Positions 1 through 12,284 of a DNA stretch of 64,000 nt are shown here, in pieces; position 1 is the first letter of the stretch, and each line of letters starts with the position of its first letter. This stretch comes from Octopus sinensis (taxonomy: Eukaryota): the NCBI RefSeq assembly GCF_006345805.1, contig NC_043009.1, positions 69,688,001 through 69,752,000 on the forward strand, read 5' to 3'. Both the position numbers and the translations under genes were made by a program. A model generated the notes under the pieces. That model was not told where the DNA came from. It did not search any database and saw nothing but the letters and a program-made list of their open reading frames with translations.

Positions 1-713
1 TCAATTTGCATTATGTTCTATTTGTGTGAAGAATCCTAACTGTTAAATTTTATTAAAAGTTCACCAGAAGAAAAGTATTTTTCTTACATGATGTAATATT
101 TTCGTTCAGCAATAAAGAGCATCCCTGAAACAGTTTTAGTGAACCTCAACCAGCCTCTGTTATTGTAAATACATACACACACACAAACATGCACACATAA
201 ACACACACAAACACGCGTGCGCGCACACACACACACATATATATGAAACGGAACAAAAACGCAATAGATGAAAATAAAACATCCAAACGGACAGACGATG
301 CAAGGCGGATAGGAAAAACAACAATTAGAGGGACAAGAACAAAAAAAAAAAACCCCAAAAAACGGACGGGTCATTCATGGCTTTCTTTCCTCAGTTAAGT
401 TACCAGATGTCCTTACAGTATCGGGCAGTTACACTTGAGACTCTTCGCTCTGGTTGCCTCCAAAAGAGTCGAAGCTAAAAGCTTTAGATTTTTCGTAAAA
501 AAGTAAGCGAATGTGTACAACAAAGACAAAAAACGGGGGAACACGATGACAAATACAAACAACAAGAATATAACAACAGGTGTCTTTTGACCGAGGACAA
601 ATCAAATTGAGCTGGTGTGTATAGAGTGAAAGCCTTAAGGCAGGAACATCAGGGATAGTCATAAGTGGTGTTGGCTATCGGTAGTCAGGCAAAGAAAAAA
701 ATATATATATATT

Positions 714-1020
714 ACGTGATCATGTGACCGACCAGGCTATCAGATGTTGCTACACATCGCTGGTCACAATGCGCTTCGCATTGTTTTAGCCTTCAAATGA
801 CGCCACCCCGCTGGCTAAGCGAGAAGGCAAACATAAGAAAGAGTGTGAGAAAGTTGTGGCGAAAGAGTACAACAGGGATCGCCCCGCCCCCTGCCGGAGC
901 CTCGTGGAGCTTTTAGGTGTTTTCACTCAATAAACACTCACAACGCCCGGTCTGGGAATCGAAACCGCGATCCTACGACCGCGTGTCCGCTGCCCTAACC
1001 ACTGGGCCATTGCGCCTCCA
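714..1020 (-). mobile_element. tRNA(Arg)-headed SINE, family A, tail type 1
   Basis: Minus strand begins TGGAGGCGCAATGGCCCAGTGG (A box) ... GGTTTCGATTCC (B box), with an ACG anticodon-like triplet. Near-identical copies at 21379-21641 and 28974-29249. The tail contains the perfect hairpin ACAATGCG-AAG-CGCATTGT. Resembles the octopus OR-type SINEs from recall. Confidence 0.9.
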
Positions 1021-1513
1021 CATATATATATGTATGAAAAGTCAGGCGCACACATGTAGTGACGTAGGTGTGCGGTTGCTTATGCGTCTGTTCAGTAAGA
1101 ATGCAGCTCATCTATGCCCGTTGCTGCATTCCGACAACTGTTTTCAGCCTCTCCCAGTCACAGGAACATTACTTGGCTATCAATTAAGAGGTGGGAATAA
1201 TTAATTCGCGTAGAACGAAAGGAGGAAAGAATATTGCTTAGCAGGTTACATGGAAAGAATATAGCGCGTTCCATTATGACTATATGCGTGTGTGTGTCTG
1301 TTAGTGCGTTTGTACGTTTGCGCGTGTGTGTGTGTGTGTGTGTGTGTCTGCCTGTCTGCACGCACGAAGATGTGTGTATGATACATTTCACTAGCATAAT
1401 CATTCTTAGAATATGGAACACTTTCCGATTCTTAGAGGTGAGAAAGAGTGCAACATAGGAGTTATAAACACACACGTGTGTGTGTGTCTGCTTCTGTGTG
1501 TGCATATATATAT

Positions 1514-2059
<546 letters not shown>

Positions 2060-2203
2060 ATATATATATAAACACTCATACACACGTATATTAATGTGTA
2101 TATACAAACACATCGATATTTGACGGGCGGTGGGGGTGGAGACAAGGAGAGAGACAGGAATAGATTGTGAATGAGAGAGAAAGAAGAACCAGTGTGTATA
2201 ACA

Positions 2204-2256
2204 CTCTTACTTGTTTCAGTCATTTGACTGCGGCCATGCTGGATCACCGCCTTTAA
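2204..2256 (-). mobile_element. SINE family B, 3' tail fragment
   Basis: Reverse complement TTAAAGGCGGTGATCCAGCATGGCCGCAGTCAAATGACTGAAACAAGTAAG overlaps the sequence at 1980-2059. Confidence 0.7.
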
Positions 2257-2900
2257 CACAGTGTAAAATAGTGAAACATTAAAACACAATTCTATATCGC
2301 ATCATTATCAGAGTTGAATTAAAATATTCTAGCAACATCCTCCCCTCCCATATAATTTCCGCGAACATCAATGTGTGTGTGTGTGTACTTATATGTATAT
2401 AAGTGTCTGTCTATACTTATATGTATATAAGTGTGTGTGTGTGTGTGTTTCTGTATGCATGCATGTGTCTGTACGTGTGTATGTGTCGGTGCGTGTTATT
2501 TCTATCATAAATTTAATCTCATTTCAGCCAGTTTTATATTTACGAACGGTTTCATGCTCGAGAACATTCCAGTTTTGCAGAGATAAATTAGCAATCGTTG
2601 GATATGGCTGAGTTGAAATATATGGTTAGGGCTCTTTGTTACTGGAACCTTGAAACCGCTATATCTGCTTTATGCATCTCGGAAGTGTTGTAAAACCCGG
2701 AACGAAAGATATGGATGAAAAAGCACATTGAAAGAAACGAGAGATAAATAACAAGTTGTAGCTCTTACGACCATCAGAGTTTATGTCACTGATGTCGTCC
2801 CTTTTAGATTGTTGTCTGCACATCAGAATGGAAGTAGAAATCGTATGCTCAAGTTTCTTGTAAATGTGATGGTGGTATGAAGAAGGGCAAGTGTGAATTG

Positions 2901-3035
2901 GAAAGGATGCGGTTTGAAAGAGAAATTGAAAGAGAATTGAGAGAGAAATTGAAAGAGAATTGAAAGAGAAATTGAAAGAGAATTGAGAGAGAATTTGAAA
3001 GAGAAATTGGAAAGGATGCGGTTTGAAAGAGAAAT
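2901..3035. repeat. GAAAGAGAA(A)TT minisatellite bracketed by 27-bp direct repeats
   Basis: About 9 units of 11-12 bp; GGAAAGGATGCGGTTTGAAAGAGAAAT occurs at both ends. Confidence 0.85.
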
Positions 3036-3149
3036 AGCAACAGAGGTGGAGAGTGGGGTTGGAAGTACATGTGTGGCCACGAATGCGTGTGAATAAATGT
3101 TAAACGGGTGAATTATAACCTTCTTATGTATGGAGCGTTAATAGGGGTA

Positions 3150-3460
3150 ATGCTAAAACTGCCACTTAGAATGTCCTCGGCCAGCTGGGTAAGACATGTT
3201 TCCGTTGATGAAGAAAGAGAAAACTCACCTCCCTTGCAGTCCCCTGCATGGAAGAAATACCTCAATATAAGCAATTTCAATTCTAAACAAAGGCTGTAAT
3301 TCCTAATGCTACTGTTGGGGTAATGTCTGGACGTTTCTAATAAAGTCTTGTCCATGTTATACCCTGAAGCGTTTTCTTTCATTAGCCATATGTCTCGTCA
3401 ATGTTGTGACGTTATGCCTCACCTGGATTTTACAAGACACCCGTCTAGTCTTTTAACATT
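3150..3460 (-). mobile_element. Penelope-like element, C-terminal (post GIY-YIG) fragment
   Basis: TTLTRH(I)WLMKEN..YNM..TLLETSRHY..SIRNYSLCLELKLLIL..KGGE matches the LSxHIWxLK / CxLCLxEKxxI / NKRxE pattern recalled for PLEs. Confidence 0.55.
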
Positions 3461-4074
3461 TCCGCTACACTTATCTAGCTATCTATATACGCACACGCAC
3501 ACATCTGCAACCCCCCCCCCATGAGAATCATTCTATGCTACGTCTCATACATGAAGGCTTGTATTTTTAGTGGGTACGTGGGTGTTACCTTTGCAAGAGT
3601 AACGTGTCTTTGTGTTTGGACCGGTTCATTAATTTTGCTTTATGCCAGGTGAACAGCTAAAGATTCTCAAACCACGTCAATTGAAAAAATAAATTCTTTC
3701 AGTTATGTTTCTGTGGAAAAGGAAAATTATTTTCCACTAATATAAAGTTTCCAAAGAATACGGTAAGAAGCTGTGTTAATATATGGCTGGTTTCCGTAAT
3801 GCTTTATGCAAATATCGTTCGGCTTCGGAAGGCTTTATTCGAAAATTCGATTTTTGGAAGGGTCTATATGGACATACTGAACGAGAGGCTCTAATATATA
3901 TTAAACACAGCTCCAGTGATGCCACATTAGCTTTACCGTGAACTCATTCAGATTCAGGTATACTCAGCTTACTCACACGATTAGAAAGAAGCATAAAAGA
4001 TCAATAAAAGTCACTTTCGAAATACACCTGGATTATAAAACGGCAAAAACACCTCTAACTACAAAGTTGAATTG

Positions 4075-4890
4075 TCTACAACAAACTATATAAACAGATG
4101 AAAGGCGGTGCTATTGGAGTAGGGATCGCCGGTGATGTTGCTAACCTCTTCATGGTATGGTGGGACAGACATTTTAAACAGTGCCTAATAACCCGTGACA
4201 TCCACTTAGCTATGTACTCTCGATACGTTGAAGACATTAACCTTGTGAAATGTAATAGTAATACAGACACAGATATAGACACTAATAATTGAAGAACAGG
4301 TGACGACAGCTATACAATACATAGCTGACTCTATCCATAACAGTATAAAAGTTACCGTGGACAACCCCTCTAAACACCCCAGTAATAGATTACCTGTCCT
4401 AGATACTGAGCTGTGGATAGAAAATGCTATGGTTAACGGAACTGTTAAACCCTGTTTACCACACTCACACTAGTGTAAACCTATGGCTAATCCACTGGTA
4501 ATCCGTAGTGACTTAGCAATGTCGAGTACTACCAAGATCAACATCCTGGTGGCAGACTTAGAGTAATGAGGAATGTATCACCACTATGCCAACCACAAGA
4601 ACAACAACAACACATCCCGCACTACATATTCCGAATGCAACGTTCCGGATACACACAATACGATAGAATCAGAGAGTACAAAGGAACGAAAACAAGATTC
4701 GAACGCATTCTAAGAGATGACGAAAATGGTATATGCCCCCTATACCGCAACGAGTTCTGGATTAGGTTAGCGAGGGACACCAACAGAAGAAATAAAACCA
4801 ATATTTGCGTTAGCTGCAATTGACAAGAAACTGCAGACAGCACCAATCCGCAAGCGACTTCAGCCCTCGTTGCTCCCCTCATCTAAGGCC
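4075..4890 (+). mobile_element. Penelope-like reverse transcriptase fragment
   Basis: YKQMKGGAIGVGIAGDVANLFMVWWDR, YSRYVEDINLV (YVDD to YVED), VTVDNPSKHP..LPVLD.ELW, KINIL...RVMRN.S, RMQRSGY and G.CPLYR; frameshifted. Confidence 0.85.
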
Positions 4891-5337
4891 AGAGGGTTAA
4901 AAACATGTGATAGAGAGATGTCCACTGATGATAGGGAATGGGGTTCTGATGGAGCGCTGGCTTAAATCACTACCAGAAGAAGAAGGACCCGCAATCTCTC
5001 TCAGTACCTCGTGCAGTTTCATCGGGCATCAAAGCATATTCGATATTTTATATATGAACATACTTCACATACATTTTACTGGGAACCAGTCTTGAGAAAA
5101 GTTCCTTAATCTACACACAGAAAACAGTTGTTTAGATTTCTTCAGTTGATCGATATTCCGGACATTCCTCGTTGCGCAACCGCAAATCCGGCGCGTTAAA
5201 TATTTGACTTTTTTTGTAAAAAGAAGACATGCCATTGAAAGTACAGCGTAACAGGTCAATAGACAGTTTTAATTAAAGTGTATAAGCATGCATACAGATA
5301 TATGCGCAAAAATATACATAAACACACACATATATTA

Positions 5338-5460
5338 ATATCATCATCATCATTATTAACGTCAGTTTTCTATGCTGGCATGGGTTGGACGGATTGACAG
5401 GAGCTGGACAGCAAGAGAGCTGCTCAGGCTCTGTTTGTCTGTTTTGGCATGGTTTCTACG
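5338..5460 (-). mobile_element. 3' end fragment of an RTE-type SINE/LINE
   Basis: Minus strand ends ...cccatgccagcatagaaaactgacgttaataatgatgatgatga, with a (TGA)n tail. The family call is from recall only; there is no second copy in the window. Confidence 0.45.
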
Positions 5461-5702
5461 GTAGAATGTATACACACACACACACACACACACAACACAC
5501 ACACACACACATAAGCGCGTGATCTCCCGCGCAAACATAAACTCGACACATTATGAGCTTGTCTGTTTGTAAGTGTGTGTATGTGTGTGTGTGTGTGTGT
5601 GTTTGTGCGTGTGGGTGCGCGCCTGAGTGTGTAGATTTATGTGTCTGGCGTAGTTACAGTGCATCTGTTTACAGTCTGAATTTCACTGAATTTTATGATG
5701 TT

Positions 5703-5825
5703 TCTCAGTGGTTTGAAACATAATTATCGATAAATTACCAACGTAAGTACCGGAGTCGATACGATTGAGCGAACACACGAAGGAGGTGTCCCGACAATGC
5801 CGTAGCGCAAGGACGGAACAGAATA
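5703..5825 (+). mobile_element. Diverged family B 3' body fragment
   Basis: Patchy similarity (taagtac..ggagtcgat..aagg.ggtg.cc) to 1895-1992. Confidence 0.4.
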
Positions 5826-5863
5826 ACATTCCTACGTACGTACATGCGTATACATAAATGCAG

Positions 5864-5902
<39 letters not shown>

Positions 5903-5916
5903 ACACACACACACAC

Positions 5917-5947
<31 letters not shown>

Positions 5948-6217
5948 GTGTGAGTGTACACAAATGTATATTCTATGATCATATAAATAGATGTATATTT
6001 ATGTAAAGCTGCTTGAATTGATATATTTGCGGTTATATATTTATAGATACATAGGCATGGGTGTGTGTGTGTGAGTGAGCAAGTGTCCCTCTGTATGTAT
6101 ATATATATATATATGTATATATAATTTATAGCTATATGCCTGTAATCATATTTGCGATTTATATATATGACTCATTATCAGCATAAAGCGCTCTCTCTCT
6201 CTCTGTATGTATGTATG

Positions 6218-6270
<53 letters not shown>

Positions 6271-6820
6271 GGATCGTATGTGTATCTGAACTGTTGACTA
6301 CATAAACAAGTTTTTATGTATACGTCCAGATACTCATGCGCCTGTTTACGGTTAAGCCCTACAATGGAGACCCTGTTTTCATCTATTACTAACCAATGTT
6401 AATCTAATCGTGATGTAATTGACAACTCATACCTCTCATAGGTCTTGCTCTACAGCCTCCAATCTATACGAGAGGTTAAGTTTCGCACAGACAGACTGAG
6501 TGTCCTCTTTTCCATGTAGGTTTTCCCCAAATTTGTGAATTACTAAAGATACACTTGACTTGACGAAATTTTGCGTTTGCCATTAGAAGCTCATTCATGA
6601 TGCATTGCACGGTGGTTGCTTTATGAAATCAGTTTCCAAGTGATAATGAAACACGTGGAAGGATGTTATAAGGAAATAATTCGAGACTATATTCGCTGGC
6701 CATATTTTATGTATAAGTAAGTAAGTAAGTAAGTAATAATAATAATAATAATATGCAGTACCAGGCAGTGGCTCTCATGGCTCCTGATCTTAACTGATAT
6801 GTGTATGTATGTACATATGC

Positions 6821-7042
6821 TGCCCACAAGGAAGGCTTAACATAGAGGGGACAAACAAGGACAGACAAAGGGATTAAGTCGATTACATCGACCCCAGTGC
6901 GTAACTGGTACTTATTTAATCGACCCCGAAAGGATGAAGGGCAAAGTCGACTTCGGCGGAATTTGAACTCAGAACGTGACGGCAGACGAAATACCACTAA
7001 GCAATTCGCCCGGCGCGCTAACGATTCTGCCAGCTCGCCACC
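6821..7042 (-). mobile_element. tRNA-headed SINE, family C, tail type 1
   Basis: Head GG(T/C)GGCGAGCTGGCAGAATCGTTAGC ... GAGTTCAAATTCC (B box); near-identical copies at 23348-23579 and 42024-42256. Confidence 0.9.
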
Positions 7043-7063
7043 CAATATTTACTGACTTTGTTT

Positions 7064-7222
7064 AGGCGCAGGAGTAGCTGCGTGGTATGAAGCTTGCTTT
7101 CCAACCACATGGTTGCAGGCTCAGTCCCACTGCGCGGCACCTTGGTCAAGATTCTTCTACTATAGCCCCGGGCCGACCAAAACCTTGTGATTGGTTTAAT
7201 GGAAACTTAGGAACCCCGTCGT
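7064..7222 (+). mobile_element. SINE family B, 5' part
   Basis: Aligns with 1514-1677 (head, ggcaccttgg.caag..tcttctactatagc, ggaaact...ccgtcg). Confidence 0.85.
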
Positions 7223-7243
7223 ATATATATATATATATTATAT

Positions 7244-7280
<37 letters not shown>

Positions 7281-7308
7281 GTCTATATATATATATAAAG
7301 TTGTTGTA

Positions 7309-7545
7309 TAATGTCAACTTAATGTGACAGTCCCATAAAGGGAATCACACCACCGCTATTTAGCCCTAGGAAGTACCACCGCTTCCTGTCGGCCTTGACA
7401 CATTTCCTGTGTCCTTATGTTTACAAGGGGGAGATAAGCACCCCCATCCAGCTAAGCCTGCATCCGAGACTAGTTTCTGAGTCTTTGCTCGTCATCAGTC
7501 TGGAGTAGCATGGCCGGCTAGCTGGAGATGCCTGTCTAGCTCTTG
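7309..7545 (-). mobile_element. Unclassified structured element carrying the hammerhead (PLE terminal repeat or retrozyme-like)
   Basis: GC-richer island between (AT)n tracts, with hairpins at 7312-7329, 7368-7387, 7397-7413 and 7427-7445 plus the hammerhead; single copy in the window. Confidence 0.45.
7463..7504 (-). ncRNA. Minimal type I hammerhead ribozyme candidate (canonical core)
   Basis: Minus strand UCCAGA-CUGAUGA-C-GAGCAAAGACUC-A-GAAAC-UA-GUC^UCGGA: intact CUGAUGA, GAAA and GUC; palindromic ACUAGU helix III; 5-bp helix I with one bulge; 3-bp helix II. Confidence 0.7.
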
Positions 7546-7577
7546 TGAATATATAAGAATTCTAGTGAAATAAATTT

Positions 7578-7649
7578 ACGCAGTGGGACTGAACCCACAA
7601 CTATGTGGTTGGGAAGCAAGCTTCTTACCACACAACGACGCTTGCGCCT
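7578..7649 (-). mobile_element. SINE family B tRNA-like head only
   Basis: Reverse complement AGGCGCAAGCGTCGTTGTGTGGTAAGAAGCTTGCTTCCCAACCACATAGTTGTGGGTTCAGTCCCACTGCGT aligns with the first ~72 nt of 7064-7222, then diverges. Confidence 0.8.
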
Positions 7650-7659
7650 ATATATACAA

Positions 7660-7729
<70 letters not shown>

Positions 7730-8840
7730 GTAAAGGTATACATACATAGTGAAACTATTAAAAGTAAAACAATATAAAAGCGAAACTATTATAACTTACT
7801 CCGTAGAAGTCTTCATCTTTATTCTTTGAGTTTTGAAATGGGAATACGGAACCAGTGCCAATGATGCATTGTTTTAATCGAAAGAAATTACATGTTGACG
7901 CTCGTGGGGTCTTATAGTATTTCCATGCAAAATTTGATTTGATTGAGTCATTGGGAACAGACAGAGATGCCAAGGATTTTATGGATATATAGATGAAAGC
8001 GCCAAGCTCCAATATAACTTTGTTATATATTTACTTGCCAGTAATTTGCCAGTAATTTTGAGTGGCATTAATCCATTAATCTACGCTAATATGTAAAATA
8101 TATCATATACTGAATATAATTGTATCAGAAAATATGGAGCAATGGATAACTGTACTCTACAAATTTAGCGTTTCCGTTTGATTAAAAACGTTGTTTGTTT
8201 TTTCTGGAAATGATGCGGTGAAAGGGCTGAGAATAGGAGACAAGCAGGGGAGGGAGAGAGAGGAAGAGAACAGAATGAAAAGGGGCAAATAGACCAAAGA
8301 GATGATGCGGGGATGAAGAGATTGATGTATTTTATAGGTTTTAAAGCGGTCAGCTTAGTAAACTTGGTCCAAGCGCGAGTATACATACAACATGTATTTA
8401 TGTATGTGTGTGTGTGTGTGTGTTTATAGATTCATATACATTAAATATATATGTATTTATATATATATATACAGATATATAAATACACACGCACGCACAC
8501 ACACACATGGTGTTGTTATTATCAATCAAACTACACGAACATGAAACTAGCTAATAGCAATATGTAGCAATAGGAATTTCATGGCTATAATTAAATGTCT
8601 CTACCAAATTTATTATAGTTCCCAAATGATAAAAATAGTTATTAAAACTAACTCAGCTGCTATGAACTGTAGTCGCTTAATATCCGGCGTTTCTTTCAAA
8701 GTCTAATGGCGTTGTTTGGAAGCGGAATAATCGCTATGCATATTCTTCAACTACACACTCGGGTGTTATTTAACTAAAACAGAAGAATACAGAATGCTAT
8801 TAGTTATTATAAACAATTAAAAGTGACCAATATGTGTAGA

Positions 8841-8874
<34 letters not shown>

Positions 8875-8972
8875 TAAATGATATAATGTATATTATATAT
8901 ATATATTATATAATATAATGTATATATTATACATATATATATATAATATAATATATATATTATACACACACG

Positions 8973-9011
<39 letters not shown>

Positions 9012-9656
9012 GTATGTATATTATTTGAGCGCAGATTTCAATGTACACATGTATATACGTGAGTAATTATCTATGTGTATATGAAAGCATGCATATGTGC
9101 ACGTAAGCATTTATGTGTATGTGTTGACGTACTTATATAAGTATCTGTGTATGTAGGCAAATAGTTATGTCTATGTACGCGTGTCTATGTGAGATATGTA
9201 TGGGTCTATAAACGCACGCATGAATGGCCGCATCGATGGTTTATGTTATGGAAGATGTCTAAACACGGGCACAGTCATATGTAAGTATATCTCTTGTTTA
9301 TATACATACGCACACACACTTACACAAAGATATCATTGGGGGTCGTGTTTATTGTGGGTGTCTAGACGTGGGATTCTAGAGTCGTGGTTTACAAAAGGAA
9401 ACTATTATAAAACCTGAACTGTTGACTGGTCAAATAATAAAGGGTTGTGACTGTGGCTTGGCGGGTTATTTCCAATTTGTAACTATTCTCCACACCAGAG
9501 ACGCAAATCTTCAGTTTATTGGATGTAATACATTAGAGAAAACGGTGAAGGATAAAAGACCTCGCTATCATTTCTGGTGACAACCAGAATAAGTGGAGTT
9601 TCAATTATAAATGCAAATAATTCAACGTATTACGCACACACAACACACACTCACAC

Positions 9657-9717
<61 letters not shown>

Positions 9718-9720
9718 TGT

Positions 9721-9862
9721 ATATTGCCAGCCCTGCAATATACACATATATTTGAATTCTCTCTGACTCCTCAGATTTTTTGAATGCTGGACTACTGGTT
9801 TTAAATTGATATTAAAATTAATATTAATTTATCTCCCTCAATTTATATATATATATATATAT

Positions 9863-9921
<59 letters not shown>

Positions 9922-10045
9922 TAGTATATTGCCAGCCCTGCAATATACACATATATTTGAATTCTCTCTGACTCCTCAGATTTTTTGAATGCTGGACTAC
10001 TGGTTTTAAATTGATATTAAAATTAATATTAATTTATCTCCCTCA

Positions 10046-10050
<5 letters not shown>
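9721..10050. repeat. Tandem duplication of a 125-bp unique segment between (AT)n tracts
   Basis: 9721-9845 is repeated at 9926-10050 with no visible difference. Confidence 0.9.
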
Positions 10051-10085
<35 letters not shown>

Positions 10086-10584
10086 GCTAGATACCGGTAT
10101 ATTCCCAGAACTACTGAAAGAAACTAAAAACTACAGACATGTTTCTCTCACATCCACACATCTGAAATTGTGAGAACCCAATGTCCGAAAAGTATATTTA
10201 TGTACTTTCCGGAAAATACGATCTGACGAGCGACTCCAATGGCACAAAACCATTGATTTATAAGTACTTGGTTTGATTCTTTCTGTCTCTCTCTCTCCTC
10301 CGTTGCGATGTCAGAAATGGCGAACAACTGAGCGATGTGTGGTAACTTTTCTCATAAAAACTGATGTTCGGCAGTTGACCGATGTAGAGTACAACAAGGA
10401 AAACAAATAATTGTTTCTTTGTCCAAACAATTATTTAAATAACAGACCTGTAATTAAAACGTATTCCAGTCTTAATCTTCCGATCTCACCTTCGGACGGT
10501 GTCTCTAGAACTAATCTATCCATTTTCCCCTTGCTTTCTAAAATAACCAGTGTTTTGAGGGAAATATGATTAATATTCCTAAAT

Positions 10585-10883
10585 GGTGGAACTATACATA
10601 TAGAGCCCACCACTTTGTCTCATATGGGTCCCTGTAATTTAGTTCTATAAGACAGCTCTTATCAGGGCACACCTAAATGATTACTCTTATGGTCAAAGAT
10701 ATTCCAACCAGGAAATCTTCGATTCATCTTAAAGCGGAAGTAAATGTTGCCTAATGTCGCTTAAACTGAAATCGAAGTTTACCTGGTTGGAATATCATTG
10801 ACCATAAGGTGTACTCTAATAAGAGCTGTCTTATAGGGACCCGTATGAGACAAAGTGGTAGGCTCTATATCTATTGTTCCACC
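10585..10883. mobile_element. Foldback/MITE-like inverted repeat
   Basis: Arms 10585-10736 and 10758-10883 are reverse complements with scattered substitutions; the left arm has two extra 13-nt segments; spacer 21 bp. Confidence 0.85.
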
Positions 10884-11456
10884 CTAGTTAAATGAAAATT
10901 GACTGCTACTTTTAGCATTCATTTCGTCGTATACTAAACGCTGCTCTTCTTGTGTAGCCTCAAGTCAGCCCTAACCTTTTCAGGATCATTCCGAATTTTT
11001 TTTATCCTCTTCGGTTATGATAGCAGGGTTGATGTGACAAATATATTTCTAGGAGGCTGATCTACCCTGCAGAAGTATGGTTTGTAAAAATATGTTTGTG
11101 TAGAAACAGAAGAGAGGTGGACACTGGGTAAGAAGGCATTAGTTAGGTTCGTTTTATTAGCTTCTTATTTCAGACAAAGATATAGAAAAGAAAGAAAAAG
11201 TAAATTCTCAAAACAAAAGACATATTTATTGATTGGAGACATTGATTAGTGTAACTGTGTGGTTTCATATTTTATCGCTTGATGGGAAATTAATTCGATC
11301 AGTTTGATGCAGCGAGACATTTTATTTGATTCTCTCTGTATTTTCAGTTCAAATTCGTTCCTTCTCTTTTAGAATTTAAAACAGATTCAAGATAAAAAAT
11401 TTTAGGGTGGGAAACAGTAAAAGAAAAATAGACAGTAATATCAAGCTGGAAGTTAC

Positions 11457-11599
11457 CTGACCCGAGAAATAGCAGCCAAATCTTGCACTTTAGTGAAGAA
11501 ACCGATATGTTGAATGATAGTGTGGTCCCGCACATCCTTAACATAGCAATACACGGGATAGCTGTAGTTGTAATACCTTTCACTAGAGCTGATGTTTGG
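11457..11599 (-). CDS. Candidate exon of the minus-strand gene
   Basis: gttgccatttag| and cag|gtaact sites, 143 bp. Two frames are open; one gives PNISSSERYYNYSYPVYCYVKDVRDHTIIQHIGFFTKVQDLAAISRV with two N-glycosylation sequons. No domain recognised. Confidence 0.3.
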
Positions 11600-12284
11600 C
11601 TAAATGGCAACAACAACAACAACAACAACAACAATAATAACCACTGTGGAATGATAACCACAGGCAAATTCGAAGCCGGATAGATTAAAACTCAGAAACG
11701 TAAAGTGAGGTCCATAAGTGTCGCAATGCATCGTGCCATTCGCCGCATCGATTCTCTCACGTGACCGCCCATTGAAAATATAATGAATATTGATAATACA
11801 CGTGACAGGCGAGAAAGTGAACAATAAATGATTTGTGAAAGCGCATCTTTTTGCCATAATAAAGTGGTTAAAATAGCCAAGAAATATAAACATTCAATTT
11901 GGAAAGACTGACAGATTGAAACAAGGAAATGAGGCAAATATTAACTAAATATTTCATTATTTCTGAAAGAAATTTAATAATACAAGATACACAGCTAAGA
12001 AACGATCGATTCGTTGTTTGATTGGCAAATAAACAGCATGTACAAGCTTTCATTTTTAAGTTTACTAATATTTGCTTATAATAACAATAAAAAGTCGAAT
12101 ATGGTTTATATATTGATAAATTTAATAAGATTTGTTAACGAAGTTCACTGCTGGCAGCACAGTAAACACAGATAGATAAATAGACTTGTAGATGCCGAGA
12201 AATTAGAAAGATAAAAGTAAAAATGGAGGATATGTAATAGAAAATAGATCATTCACAAATAATTATTATCGGAAATGGTTCGAA

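Noticed and set aside
940-1020. tRNA genes at SINE heads (also 7064, 40391, 59800)
   Set aside because: A/B boxes are present, but each continues into a multi-copy SINE body and lacks a proper acceptor stem and terminator.
4925-4955. CTGATGA as a hammerhead core near the PLE RT fragment (also 15745, 41270, 49075)
   Set aside because: There is no helix II followed by GAAA and no NUH site.
6755-6800. Short fragment after (TAA)n that looked like another repeat family
   Set aside because: Only about 45 bp and a single copy in the window; the identity rests on recall alone.
7758-8012. 84-aa minus ORF with an internal gga|gtaagt donor as a gene exon
   Set aside because: No credible acceptor and no recognisable domain; cannot be supported without RNA data.
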